Source: Phoronis australis (taxonomy: Eukaryota; Animalia; Phoronida). From it: a DNA stretch of 64,000 bases. Where the stretch lies: positions 310,001-374,000 of the forward strand of contig NMRA01000261.1 of assembly GCA_002633005.1 (NCBI GenBank), written 5' to 3'. The number at the start of each line of letters is the position of its first letter. Position 1 is the stretch's first letter. This document shows, one piece after another, positions 35,960 through 49,600 of this stretch. The notes beneath the pieces were generated by a model, which searched no databases, was not told the DNA's origin, and saw only the letters and a program-made list of their open reading frames with translations. A program made the position numbers and the translations under genes.

Positions 35960-36548
35960 AGGCAATGCGCGCGAAAGTTGCGAAGTTGCGGGGGTCGGGT
36001 GGACCTTCTGTTTAGAAAACGTATCTGTAAACTAAAAAAAAACGGGAACACGATTCCACCTCCATATGGGGTCTAAGACCTCCTCATCCCCTACCGGTCC
36101 TAGTTACAGAGGCAGTTAACTTGTCTCTAGTGTCTTTCTTAAGATAGTTGATTTAAACTCTTCTTTATTTCCTCACATGAACTCGGCTCGTAAGTTCCGT
36201 AAAACCATATTGTGCACATCTGGGTGTGAGTAACGCCACCAGCAAAATTTTAGTTGGAACGTCTAGTGTTTACACACACCGATTTTTACCATGCGAAAGA
36301 GTATAGTGTGCACACAGGGGCTTAGACAACTCAGGGATGGATAAAAGATTACACCAAATCACAATGCAAAGAAATTATATTTTCATCTTGAGCTCTCCCG
36401 TCAATTTTTTCCAGGTGATTTACTTGGGGTTTACAGACGCTGGCGGTGCCGTTTTTGTTTTGCTGGCGACGTGCTTTTTTATTTTTTGGTCCTGTTCCAA
36501 GGGGTGGTGGTTAAACCCCCGAATTCCCTACCCGTAGATCCGCCACTG
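35904..36548. mobile_element. MITE-like element with 14-bp TIR CAGTGGCGGATCTA
   Basis: cagtggcggatcta ... tagatccgccactg; no matching TSD seen, so it may be a composite of two copies. Confidence 0.6.
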
Positions 36549-38284
36549 CGAAGGGAGGCAGACAAAATTTTATATAGATCGAGCTAAAAACAGAGTTGAT
36601 TTAAAGTGTAGCAGCTACAAGACATACGGACCAAACAGCCAGAAATGTGAAATTGTTAAAAAAAATGGCACAGACAGCCATCAAAAAGATGGAAGTGTAA
36701 AGAACTCCAACACTACTGGTGTTTTATAATCATAAAAATAGGAAAAAGTCCCTAAACAATTCCAAGAACATTATTTATATTGAATACCGCTATAAAGAAA
36801 TTATTGTTGATGAAGACGGAATCATTCATAGGAAACTTACCCCAGTCCACTAGACTGACGGTGATAAGTCTATAATTTTTGATGAAGTTTGGTAGTATAC
36901 TAATTGGAAATCGTAAAGAAAGGTTTTCAGGTAACTACCTACCACTGGAATGGACCAGAATTCACGTTAACACGAATGAAATTTAAAAGTTTCTTTGAAG
37001 GAAGCCCCCAAACTTTCCGTGTTCTTCCCCATTTCACATGATCTCGCCTCTTCCGGTTGTACATCAATTATCTGCACATATTCGGGAATCACCTGAAAAC
37101 CCATACTGTATATTACGAACTCGAAAAAAATTTTTGTTTGCATTTTTACGTTAAAACAACCCATTGTTAACCAAAAACGAACTGACTCACTGCGTACTTG
37201 TAGTTGCCAGTAACTTACTGGTTCCTAGATCTAACAGTCCAAATGGTAATCTTAGTGACATGCAAGACTTCATTGGTTTCTGATTTACATGTTTATATAG
37301 AACCAAAATGTGACTGATATCATAGAGGATTTTTAAGAACTAGAAACCAAGCTTGTTAGAAATCGATGATGTTTTAGTGAACTTAGATTCTAGGCGAGCT
37401 GAAGTTCTTGAAAAACTCTCAGTAACCTGACTCCCAAACTAAAAAGATGTGCGGAACAGGATTTTTGGCTCATCTGAAACATTGAACTATCTATAAAATT
37501 GGTGTTTTGGAGAATTTTGTAGTAGGAATTCAACCAGCTCTATATCATCTAAGAAGGATGTAGTCACCAGAAATGATCCTCGGCTACCCGGCCGTGTTTT
37601 GAAAAGTGTACCATTTACATCGACAGTAGTCTTTAAAAGCATGGGAATAATGAAATATAATAAATTTTCCCTAACCTTGACCCATTAAAATGAAATTTGT
37701 TTTTATGGTTCACTCTATATTCTTCAAAGTAAACGTAACTATAACCAAAAAAACTTTCCGAGACTGTTTCGATTGTGATGATATTTCTTTAAGTGTTTCT
37801 CCCCGCAGTATACTATAGCTTTATACCCCCCAAAGTGTAATTGTCAGTACATCTTTTTGACGCCCTAATAATGTAAATTTCATAAAAAGAATCACCCTAA
37901 AGGTCAAAATCATACACCTAAATGCCTAAACGCGTGTTAAATGTTAAGGCAAAATGTGAACCTTTCTCGTCAGATTTTGTCAAAACATGGATAACAGTTT
38001 CTGGTGGCTACCTCGATCCCGCGGTTTGCCCTTCAAACAACTAAGTCCACCCTCCTATGGCAGGACCTGGGTGCAGAAGTGGTGACGCCCGGTGGTGTGT
38101 GGTAATTCAGGACCACGGGTACGGAACATTTTGACGAAGTTGTATTAGTTTGTGCCCCCAGTAAATGCTTACCTTCCTACGGGCCTCGTTTGAACACTTT
38201 TATAACATCTCAAAACGCTGCTACAATTTTTAAAAGTGTCATCTCGTTTTCAACTTACTTATAGCAAATTTTGGTTTTCTGATG

Positions 38285-38474
38285 AATCCTATTTTTAATA
38301 GTCCCTCATGCTAAAGTAGAAATTTTTAAAACCAATTCCTAACAGCGTTTTGGAAAACAGTGTATGACGCATAGTAACGAGAAGTTTCATGTTGTTCCAA
38401 TCAGCCATTTCTGAGATATGACGTTCCGAAGTTCACCAAATTTGTACATTTTCTAAGGTTCCCCATGACCTTAA
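38285..38474 (+). repeat. Dispersed repeat end (Kolobok-like, ends CCTTAA); related fragments at ~21400-21545 and ~24432-24560
   Basis: Shared tcctatt...cctcatgc...aattcctaa.agcgtttt...catttctgagatatgacgtt. Confidence 0.55.
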
Positions 38475-38827
38475 GCAAAAAGGTCGGTAGCCAGTACAAG
38501 TAATTTGTATCTAAAAACAAACGATAGCACGTTTACAGCAACTGAACTTTCCAGATCCCACATTACTGGTAAATGTACGAGTGCACGTGCTAAAACGTCG
38601 ACAGCTTCGCCGTTATTGGTGCGAATAAACAAAAAAAAAAAATAATTTGCAATGTCAAAGTGCCACAGTTTGCTACAGTGCACAGTGCTATGTGGTTTAT
38701 GACTCGTGATACGGATCCCTAAGAAGTTTGTGCATGACGTCGTTATTCTATGAACAGTTGGATTCAATTAGGAAATTTTTAGTAGGCTGTTTTACCATTT
38801 CTAAAAACAAACATTTTAGCAATGATA

Positions 38828-38833
38828 TTTATT
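38828..38833 (-). terminator. Candidate poly(A) signal of the SIDT gene
   Basis: AATAAA on - at the end of a U-rich tract ~1.7 kb after the stop; alternative at 39721-39726. Confidence 0.35.
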
Positions 38834-40547
38834 TTAGTAAATGTATGAGGAAACAATTGCATAACAAGTGTAAAATACAAAGCATTGCACATATTATACG
38901 ACACTGCATGATTAGAAATGCATATCAGTGGCTGAGCTAATCAAAAAGAAAGTACAGACAACATATGACAGTATCTGTTTCAAAGCATAGCTTGCACCTC
39001 TTCAACGCCTCCTGGAAGACGGCCTGCATCACCAGATAACAAATATTAATACACTGATTGGCTTGGTGACATGTTATTGTAAATTACATAACTATGTGTA
39101 AAATGATCTCCAATGAAACCCTAAAAACGTTTAGAAGATCTGCAATATGTTTGGTGACAAGATACATATTTTAGCAGACTTCTCATAACCTAATTACACA
39201 TAATCAACGTCTCACTACTGATCACGATCTCTACATAAACTTTGAGATCTGCATTAAGACCACGCCTCATCTATATTACATCTCTCAATAACAAATAAAC
39301 CCAAAAAATCGTAATTGCATTATTCTCAAATGCATAACATCAAACCTTAATTCACCTACACATGGAGTACTTATTGTATGGAACACGCGCAATTTGATAA
39401 AAAATTTCAGTCATTAGATCCACAATCCACAGGTACACATAACATAAAACAAACGGATCTTTTAATGAACAATGACAAAAATGAAAAAAATATTTAATAT
39501 GATGTGTTGTTCCACAAATAAAACAGACTTTTGTGACAGAAATATTTTTTGTGATGTAAAACTTAACTGAAATAAAAGTTTTTGCATGAATAAAGTCAAA
39601 ATAATGATAAAAAAGAGACAAAAAAGAGAAAAATTGAAATCAAATAAGAGGAAATTGGAAATATTAGGAAGAAATCCTTTTAAAGGAGGAAAATTCCAAT
39701 CCCTAAACTAAATAAGTGTGTTTATTTGATGTCTAGTAATTTAGCTGTTAACTTAAAGCATTACCCGGTAGGTCATGAATTACGTAAATATGACCACACT
39801 TAAGTCTGAAGATACATTAGGAGCAAGGAAACTGTTTCAAAAACCAAAACAGACCATAAATTTAGTCATTCAACTATTACATGTCACATCAACTGATCTC
39901 TTGTCTAATAAAAATAAAAGTCAATGCAAGGGCGAAAAAAACATGACTTTGCACTTAGAGGATAGATCTTATATTCCACCCATGTGAAGTACTGATGCAT
40001 GAGAGAGCCTGATTGGAAAAAAATCGAAGATCTTTCACCAAATACGCGTGGGTGGGGTCAGATTCAAATAGGCCCATTCTTAGTTAACAAAATTTCCCCC
40101 ACAGTTGGCATGGTTTGTACAGAGAACAGACACAAAGTGACACCTGATGACAACTTCATAAAACGCAGTAGATAATCAGTCTATGAAAACTGAAAAAAAT
40201 TACAAATTTTAAAATTGTTACATACTATGCAAAATCAGTGAAGCTTTACCATAAGCATTCATAGGCGATGGTCATTAACATTCATACATTGCAGATGAGG
40301 TACTTGCCAATGGATTACAATTAAAAAATCTGGAAAACTGACTAGAAAATTTCACCCGACGTTGCTGAGCCACTCGAGTCCTTCTACAGGACAATAGTGA
40401 CAGTCGCAAGTACTGCAAAAACAGCGCAGCCCCTCTTGGTGGACAATGATGATAGAGCTCTGAACGGATTCAGGAGAATGTTCCAATGAGTTCACCAGAA
40501 ACTTTTTAATTATGATTTATTTATGAGTACTCATATACACAATGTAA

Positions 40548-40610
40548 TCAGAAGACTGGAATTCTGTCTCTGGGAGTTTGGTGAAGAGCATCGTCCAAAG
40601 TTAAAAGAAT
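40548..40610 (-). CDS. SIDT1: SIDT terminal exon [20 protein letters not shown]
   Basis: ttgtttcag acceptor, 21 codons to TGA. Confidence 0.92.
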   Translation of the reverse strand: MLLTLDDALHQTPRDRIPVF

Positions 40611-43600
40611 CTGAAACAATTAAAGTAAACAGGAAACACACCTAGGAAGAGTACACAGATACCATGGTAACAGCAAAAGCACATCCCCAAATATCAAAGA
40701 GCCCTTTCTGATTCTGTGATATTTACCCACAATGCAGTACACAAGCAGGGCACACTGCTGGAAGACTAATCACTACACAGGAAAATTACTTTGACATTCG
40801 TCATTTTAGAGCAAGTAATGTTTTACAGTACCGCAATGAGTTGCAAAGCAGATACCAAAAATTATGAAGCTGGGTGGGGCAAGGTATATACCATTCTGTT
40901 CATGTCCACCTCAATTTAGAAACATTTTATAGCCAAGACTTTAAAAAAGGACAATATCATAACTCTACCTCCATCAAAGAGGAGAGCTAAATTTAGGACG
41001 TGACTGCCACCTATAATAATTGGGAAGAAGCAATTAGTGATGCTAGAGTCAACAAGTGCAATGTACAATAATAAATCCAGTTAAATGATTTATTTGACAC
41101 TGTGTGATTTCGAAGACCAAAATGAACAACTTCAAACGAAGACTGAACAATTGTTCAAAAAGCTTTCAACATATACTACATAGCACCAGCCAGCTCCATC
41201 TCAAACATGGTATTTGTATGCAAAGGCTAGGAAGTATACATTGAAAGGCTAAAACAAAAAACATGGTAAATGAGCATTAAGTCAAGCACGGCCATTTTTA
41301 AGTGCTGGTGCTTAAGAAAGTGAACTTACTAAAAAGTGCCTGTGAGCTGGCTGTGACAACCAATAAACAGTGCCAGTCTGTAATGGGCTTATTAGCATAA
41401 ATGAGAAGAAAATTTAAATATGATTACCATAAATGAAAAGAATAGCGCTGTTGCAGACAGGAAGTGCCATATGTCATGATCGTCATAAAAGTCCATTAGT
41501 AAACACGACTTGTTGCCTTCACGAGACTCGGCTGGACTCAGCTGGAACAACAAATTCATAAATAACTTGACGGTTTGATCTTCTAAATACTCCTTATATT
41601 TACGGCTGGATTTGAGTTTGTCCAGACAAAGGTAGCTACATTGTACGGATGGTGTTAACTAAACACAGAATCAGGAGACAGGTCAATTTCACCTTTTTAA
41701 AAAGTTGACATTAAACAAAACAATTAATGCATAATACTACAGAAACGAAAATACGAAAATTAAATTTTTTTGAAAGTAAAAGAAATAATAGACTACTTAA
41801 TTCATTAGCTTTCTAAACCACAGGAGTGTTGCATAAAGCTAGAGAACACCGAGGGGGTTGCAAGGAGAGGGAGGGGGGGGAAGGTTAAATCCAATTTCAA
41901 AACAGTAATTAATTAAACTTTACTTTGTGCTTGTGGTTGCTGTGTTAACTTTTCACTTTTGATAGCTAAGAGACTCATAATATTATATTGTCGTGATGGA
42001 TCGTCCAGAGTTGGCAGGCATGCAACTCTGGAGCGTCAGAAAATCACAAGCCCCTCCGCTTGATTACCCTTTGTTGAACTTTAATCTAACAGCCTTAAGA
42101 GTTGCCTAAAGAATTAAGATGTTTGAATTCATTTTCCGCCTTGTTGTGGATAAAGCAAAGCCCTCATTTGAATTCCTTAAAAAGATTTGAACATAGCGCT
42201 TTTTCCCTACAAAACTTAGCCAAGTTTTGTAGGAGATAGCAGTAATTCAGATCAGCTGATTCGAATGTCTAGCCAAAAGTTCCTAATTGCCACGTTCTGT
42301 TACACACACCTGGAAAGGCCTATTCAGATCAGTGATAATAGCATGTCCACGTCTCCAGTGTACACTCCCTGAAGTCCCAAAATTTGCTTCGCAGTCAAAA
42401 TAGCAATAGCATTGTAGCATCAATACTATCCCACAAAATTTTATAATTTCTCTAAATATCCAAGAGCCTGATGATTTCATTATTTCATTCGGGGGTTGAA
42501 ATACCCACACAAGCTCAGTCACCACTAGGTGGCAATTGCTCATATCCGAGTCACATGAAGCTATTACACGCGGCGAGTAGGTCTAATGACCATATTGTAG
42601 TGGACTAGTAGTGATTAAAGCTAAATATGTTGAATTCTAGTAGCGGCTAGTATTTTAAGTCGCCAATTAGCCTTGCTAGCGGCAGCTTACCAGCCACCCA
42701 TGGTGACTTTATAGCTAACATGGTAATAATTCTACAGTTTGGGAAAGTAGAAAAATAAGTATTTCACTCATGGTTGCATCTTGTACCAAATTTGACAAAT
42801 TCACAATATTGCCCATCCCAAATTCACGGGCATTGCCAACATTTTTAACTGACGTGTAGATGATCAGTACTACCTTTTATGAACTTCCAAATTTATTGTC
42901 AGACATTATTAGGAGACTGTTCCTAACTGAAGATTTTTTACCATTAGTCTCTGCTACTGCAGTAGCAACAAGCAAAATCACCCGTGTGGCATAGGTTGCT
43001 ATGGTTACCTGCCAAGAAGTTAGGTGTTGCACAAAGAAGTACAGAGCCGAGGCCCAGACAAGGGTGGCCATCGCTATAAACAAAACTGCTATAGCAGGGA
43101 TCTTCTCTTTATTTCTTATCTGAAAACAATAATACAAAAAGAGCTGTAATAGGCAACACAAGTACTTGAGTAGTTTACAAACCACAACAAACTAATTCTT
43201 GAGCTAATTTGCACAAAACTAATTGTCTAAACTGAAGTTTAGATTTTTAAAAGGCCAATTAGTTTGATACATAATCAAAATTATGACAGCTCCAGTCTAA
43301 ACCAATGCTATACACATGTCCAAAAGTTTCATTTTAACTCAAGATAGCATTAGTGGCAACAAAACACACCAGAAAGGTGAACAATACAAACTATCAATCA
43401 CACATGCATTAGAGAGAAAATGAACAGCAAAAAGCTGGCGAGAGTCAAGGCCAGAGGTGTGACTTTGTAAATGCAGTAATTGTTATTCAAAGAAAGGAAG
43501 GCTTTCGATTCAAGCTTTGCTAAAGAACCTCCATAAGAGATGACAGGCCTACCACAGAATTGGTGTCGATAGTGAGGTGGTAAGGATCTATGCAGGAACT

Positions 43601-46600
43601 TTAGTGCGTCACGTTCATGAACTAAATTTGGCAAAATGCATCATAACTTGCAAATGGCAATATCCATAAGACGTATGTAGCCTGTCAGCGAGCATTAATG
43701 ATAAGCAACACAACGACCACTTTGCCTTGGAGTTTTTTGTTAGTTTCGTTACTAGCACAAAAAATCAGTTAAAAATGGCATTTAAATGAAAAAATCCACC
43801 TTCAGTTAGTAGTTTTCTTTTATTGACATGATGAGTTCAACATGACCTCAGGTCATCATTCAAGTTGGTCTATCTTGTTTTGGTATCCTTCCACAGAAAC
43901 AAAACTAAATTACAAAATAACTAAGAGCTTTCATGACAAGCTCTTCAATTGCTGTTTTCATATTATTTTATATTTCACCTTTTACAGTTTTCCCACTATA
44001 TCCAAATTAGTTATGGCAGGGAGTGACAAAATGAATTAGTGGGAAATTAAAAAGTCACTTTGTGAGGGATTTGAACTCAAATTTGCAAGCAGACGTTACT
44101 ACGAAGCCATGGTATGCCCACTACAAGCAATTTTAACAAGAGCGACGCAGAGCGTTGAAATGCGCCCACAATTGCACCGCATACGGTATCCTTCTAGGGT
44201 TGTTTATTGGTATCATAAAGTGGCCAGTAGAGGGCATATATCTAGTATGTTGTACTTTGCAAAATAGAAAGGCATGGTCATCGTCTGTTGTTAACATCAT
44301 ATAAATACATCTATTAAATTTCGTAAAGATCCTACGAACGGTTTAGGAGATACAGCCATAGGAGCAAAAAAACAAAACTGCCACTAGGAGGCGCCACAGT
44401 AGTCCAAATCGTCTGAAAATCATTGTCAGCTGTCCTCTTTATAGAAAGCACATACATGCCAATTTTCACAATCATCCTTTGAGCGGTTTGGTTGATAGAG
44501 GGGTGGACGCAAAAATACAGACTCGAAAACAGTAAAAATGGCCACTAGGTGGCGCAAACTATGTCGAATCCATCTGAAAATGGGTGGATAGCGTCATCTC
44601 ACTAATAGGTGCCTACATACCAAATTTCATGAAAATCCATTCAGGACTTTTGAAGATACAATGGTAAGCGTAAAAAACTAAAATTGCCACTAGGGGGCAC
44701 ACCGGTAGTCGGATCCATCCAAAAGTCGTCACCTTCCGTTGTTAACATCATGTAAATATACTTGCACAATTTCGTAAAGATCCTGCGAACGGTTTAGGAG
44801 ATACAGCCATAGGCGCAAAAAAAAAACAAAACTGCCACTAGGAAGCGCCACAGTAGTCGAAATCGTCGGAAAATCACCGTCAACCGTCCTCTAATAGTAA
44901 GCATATACATGCCAATTTTCACAATCATCCTTTGAGCGGTTTGGTTGATAAGGGGTAGACGCACAAAAACAGACTCGAAAACACTAAAAATGGCCACTAG
45001 GTGGCGCAAACTATGTCGAATCCATATGAAAACGGGAGGATAGCGTCACCTCACTAATAGGTGCCTACATACCAAATTTCATGAAAATCCGTTCAGGACT
45101 TTTGAAGATACAAAGGTAAGCATAAAAAACTAAAATTGCCATTAGGGGGCACACCGGTAGTCGGATCCGTCCGAAAGTTCGCACATGCTGTCCCATTCAT
45201 GAATGGAACATATGTGCCAAATTTCATGAACGTATGTCAAAGGGTTTTGGAGATAAAGCAGCAGACGGCGGACGGACGCTGCCCGGACGGACGGAGATGA
45301 CGGCATAATGCGTCCACATATAAATATGTGGGCGCATAAAAAGTATGTAAAACAAGTAGTACACAGGGATAGGTATCAATTGAGTGCAATAATTCACAAC
45401 ACAAAAAGGATCTCTTAAACGACATTTTAGCTATTAAACGAAACAAGCAAGCACCATTTGTGGGCCTTATCTTTTTCATTTGGCTCAAAACATTACAGTA
45501 ATCAAGGTGAATGGCTTCCATGTTGTGGGAGAATAGCCATAAGTTGAAAAACAATTAATATTAGGAACACCAATTTATTGTATTAAAATCTCCATGTATT
45601 CTAGATGAAAACAAAGATTGTGAAAGATTGCACTATTGGAGAAACAAAATCAGTTGCTTATAAAGACATGCCACCTGGTGTCTATTATGCACACTAGTAG
45701 TCATGCAGCATGTACAGACCTTCATAAGGATGTAGAAACTAGTGTAGAGGACTAAGTTGAACATGAATATAGCCAGTATGAAGGAAGACACATCCTTGGG
45801 CTGCATGATACAACCCACAATCACACTGAAATCAGCAGTGAACACTGACATCTTGTTACCATGGAAACCTCTAAGTACCATACACATAACAAAAAAAAGA
45901 ACATTTTGTGAAAAGCATGAAACAGAACGCATAGTTCCTTTAATTTAAGAAGACATGCACCCAGCTGTTTTCACACACATCAGACAAAGCATTTAAAGGA
46001 AAGAAATTAAGTACACGGTTACAGATGGATATCATATGAGGGCAATTAAGGGAGGAAATATGGTGATGCCTAAGTGACATGTTGCATTGATCACAGCATT
46101 CCCAAGGCAAAAGTTACGTATATCCTGCAGGTGAGCTCAGGTGTCCAATTAAGGTAATTGCCAACCTTCGTGGAATTTTTACAAAAAATCTAATTTTCAC
46201 AAATTAGAATGTAAAATCGTACCTCTATTTATCATTGCTACCCATAACATTGCTTTAAACATATTATATGTGAGCCAAATGTGCTAGTTGTTTGGAGCAA
46301 CTTTGATTGAATCCACTTCCGTCGCAAACTTTTATCTGTCACTTTCAGACATTTTGACTTTTGATGCATAGCGGTTCTGAACATAACTTTCACTTCAAAG
46401 CACCAGTTGATTTTCATACAATGTTGCACAATTATTGTTGGTCTATCGCTGAAGGCACAGCATCTCAGCTTTTTGATTGTCCTTTGAACAACAGTGATAT
46501 CGGCTGTTAGGAATGAAGACATGCAATAACTTCTTTAAAACGGGATTTTGATGGCTGTTAGTTTTTATTTACTCCCAAACAACAGAAATGAGACATGATT

Positions 46601-49600
46601 GCTTGGTAGTTGGCAATAAAATATATAGCTTAAACATGAAGTTGGCCACAGTTAAGGTTTTTCAGAACTCGCGTTCAATAGAAAGCAAAAAGGGCATTCA
46701 CAAGAATAGCAGTCACATTGACTACTAACAATTGTGTGAACAGTTAAGGCACAGAATGTAAAATAAAGATTTTCCAGTCACCAAGGATGCAACTTGGCGG
46801 TTAAGAAGTTCTTTTATGAAGCGGGAACTTAAGGTTGATTATTACCTTAACTATAGCTGAGCGTCAACTCATTAACATACCTTCATGAATATGTAGCAGA
46901 GCATGTAGAGAAGTAGATTCATGATGAAAATGGCCAAGATGAAGGATGACACATCTCTAGGCTGTGTTATAGCTCCATATAAAGCGCTACAACAAATTGG
47001 AAACAAAAAGGTAAAAAGCTGCATTTTACCTTGCACAGCTGGCAAAAAAAAGAAAATGGAGGGACATGGATTTTACTTTTTTATATCTTATAAATTAATG
47101 GTTAATAAAAATCTGATGGCTAAAAAACAAAAATTAAATGTAGGCCTTTTATCCCCAAAAATCGGTCTCATAATATTCTTTACCATGATAGGATCTTACT
47201 TCCGTTACCAACTGAAGTCCCAAGAAATGTGCGCAATTTTTGAATTTGCAATTTTATCAACCCCAATGTAACTTAAAACCATTTCTCTGAGTCTCTGATG
47301 GTTTCGATGTTCTTGTTGGCAATGAAAATAATCACAACATGGTAAGTAAAATTATGAGACCAATTTTGCAAGAGTAAAAGGCCTCATTGGATATTCGTTT
47401 TTTAGCCAGCAAAACGGGGCAAAAAGCAACATTAACTGAAAATAAAAGAAAAAAAACAAAGCAAATAAACGACTTCTATTCATTATCACAATCTCATCAA
47501 TTTAGGACGCAATACAGCCAGCAAGAGAACTATTATATTTAAAGTTTTCCAGATAATTAGACCCGAAATCCATGTTACGCAAGTCATTTTTTTAAAGATT
47601 TATACTATAGCCACCATCAGACAGTGAGTCTGAGTAATTGTGGCCATTCATAACAATGTTAGGTGCTTTTTAAAAATGAAGAAATACCAATTTTGGCAAC
47701 GAGTGAGATTTAACATAATGTGAAAGAAACAAACCAACCAAAATTTCATGAATTTAGAAGGCAGAGAGGAAAACACAGTGCACCCAGACAGAAGTGACGA
47801 CACTTAATATCAGGCCAATATTAACTGAATTCTAGTCTGCACTTCACTCATTTTGAAACCTGCGCCTCAAAGTTGGCATCAGGTAACTTTCTTTTTGAAG
47901 ATGTGGGCATTTTAAAAAGCATTGCATCACAGGATTAATTGTCACAGAAACAAGGACCGAAACCTATTGTTTTTTAACTTAAAGTTGTTGAACCCGAGTT
48001 GTTTAAATAAGGTAACTAAAATTCCAAATTAAACCAATATCTGTATATTATACATCAAAATGAATCAAGATTTAGCATTCTCCAACTGCAATGGCGAAAG
48101 ATTTGTCAGGGAACCCTGTGATTATTGTTAGAGAACGCAGTAACACACAGCTTGGGGAAATTTTTTGAACTCGCATTAAAGATGCTTCATTTTGATGCAT
48201 AAGATAGGAAAAAATCATTTTAAGTTAAATTTCACGCGTCCTATTCGTCAAGTTCGTGTCCAGCAACATTAATTATGTGTCAATTCGTGTTTATGAACTG
48301 TGAATTATTAAAACTGCAAAAGGATAAGTAAGGAGTGAAAAGTGGAAAGTTAAAGAGATTGGCACAAAATAAGATTGCTAGAAATGGTAAATACACAACA
48401 TCGCAGCAATTGTACAGCCAATAAAGAATGACCCAAAAAGAAATGTTAACTAAAATTACTGTGAAAAGACAGCGATGAAGTATGACCCAACCTGGCACGT
48501 TAACTTTACTAAGTAATGACAGCAATGAACAATGACCCAACCGACAAAATAACTTTATGAAACGACAGCAATGAAGACAGACACAGCAAGACATTTCAGG
48601 TTTACTTTGAAACTAACGTAGATAACCTTGAATAAACTGATGTCAGTCACACAATCACATATTTCTCAATTTACATTATATTTTTCAGGGCTTGACATAA
48701 GTGAGTAAATGGTCGAAAGTACGAGTGGAAACGGTAAAACACGAGTAGAAAATTGGCCTCACTTGTACAGGTGCCAAGATGACATGGGCGTGTGTTTTTG
48801 GTCTCCACTGTTTAGGAGCGCCAATCCGGGAATATCAGTGGCAACTATGCAGTCACTCATGTTTTCAAGCAGACATTTTTGCCTGTATCGAGCACTGTTT
48901 TTCGTCTTTTTACAATAAATTGAGTAATGCATTTAGTTGGCACAAAATTCCAAAATTGCATTAAAAACCACTGTGTACCAACTTTCTTTATAAAAAACTT
49001 GTGATTTAGATCACCTGCTGTAGTTATACAACTGAACTCAACATATCATTCACAAAGATAAAAAGTGACATCTGCATAACGACAAATGGCCTTGGCCTTG
49101 ATATAATCTTAGGGACTTTTGGAATTTTGACTGTCCGCAGGAGGTGACTTGGCTACTCAGACGGTCTACAATGACGAAATTGCTTTGGGGTTTGAAAGTA
49201 ACTGACAATTTTCTATTAATTGCTTGGTTAAGTTCAATGATTTGGCTTGACCCAACTATAAATTGCAGGCACCAAAAGCTATATGGCTGCACCGCTTATT
49301 AAACTACTTCTGAGACTTTAGGGGGGGTTAGTTGACCCCTTGTTAAAGTAAACAAAGTTTAACAAAGGCTTTATGATCATGGCTAATTAAAAAAATGATT
49401 TATTACACCCTGTTGAATTTGAATAACTGTGCCCCAATTGGCAGGTACATATCAGATTTAACAAATACAAACAGCGGTAACATAAATTATGTCGTAGCTA
49501 ATACTATACAGTAAAGTGATTGAGTAAGACAAACACTTACAGTGTCCAGTTGGCAGCATTGCCAATGATGAGCAGAATCATGCGGTCCTAAAAATACAGC

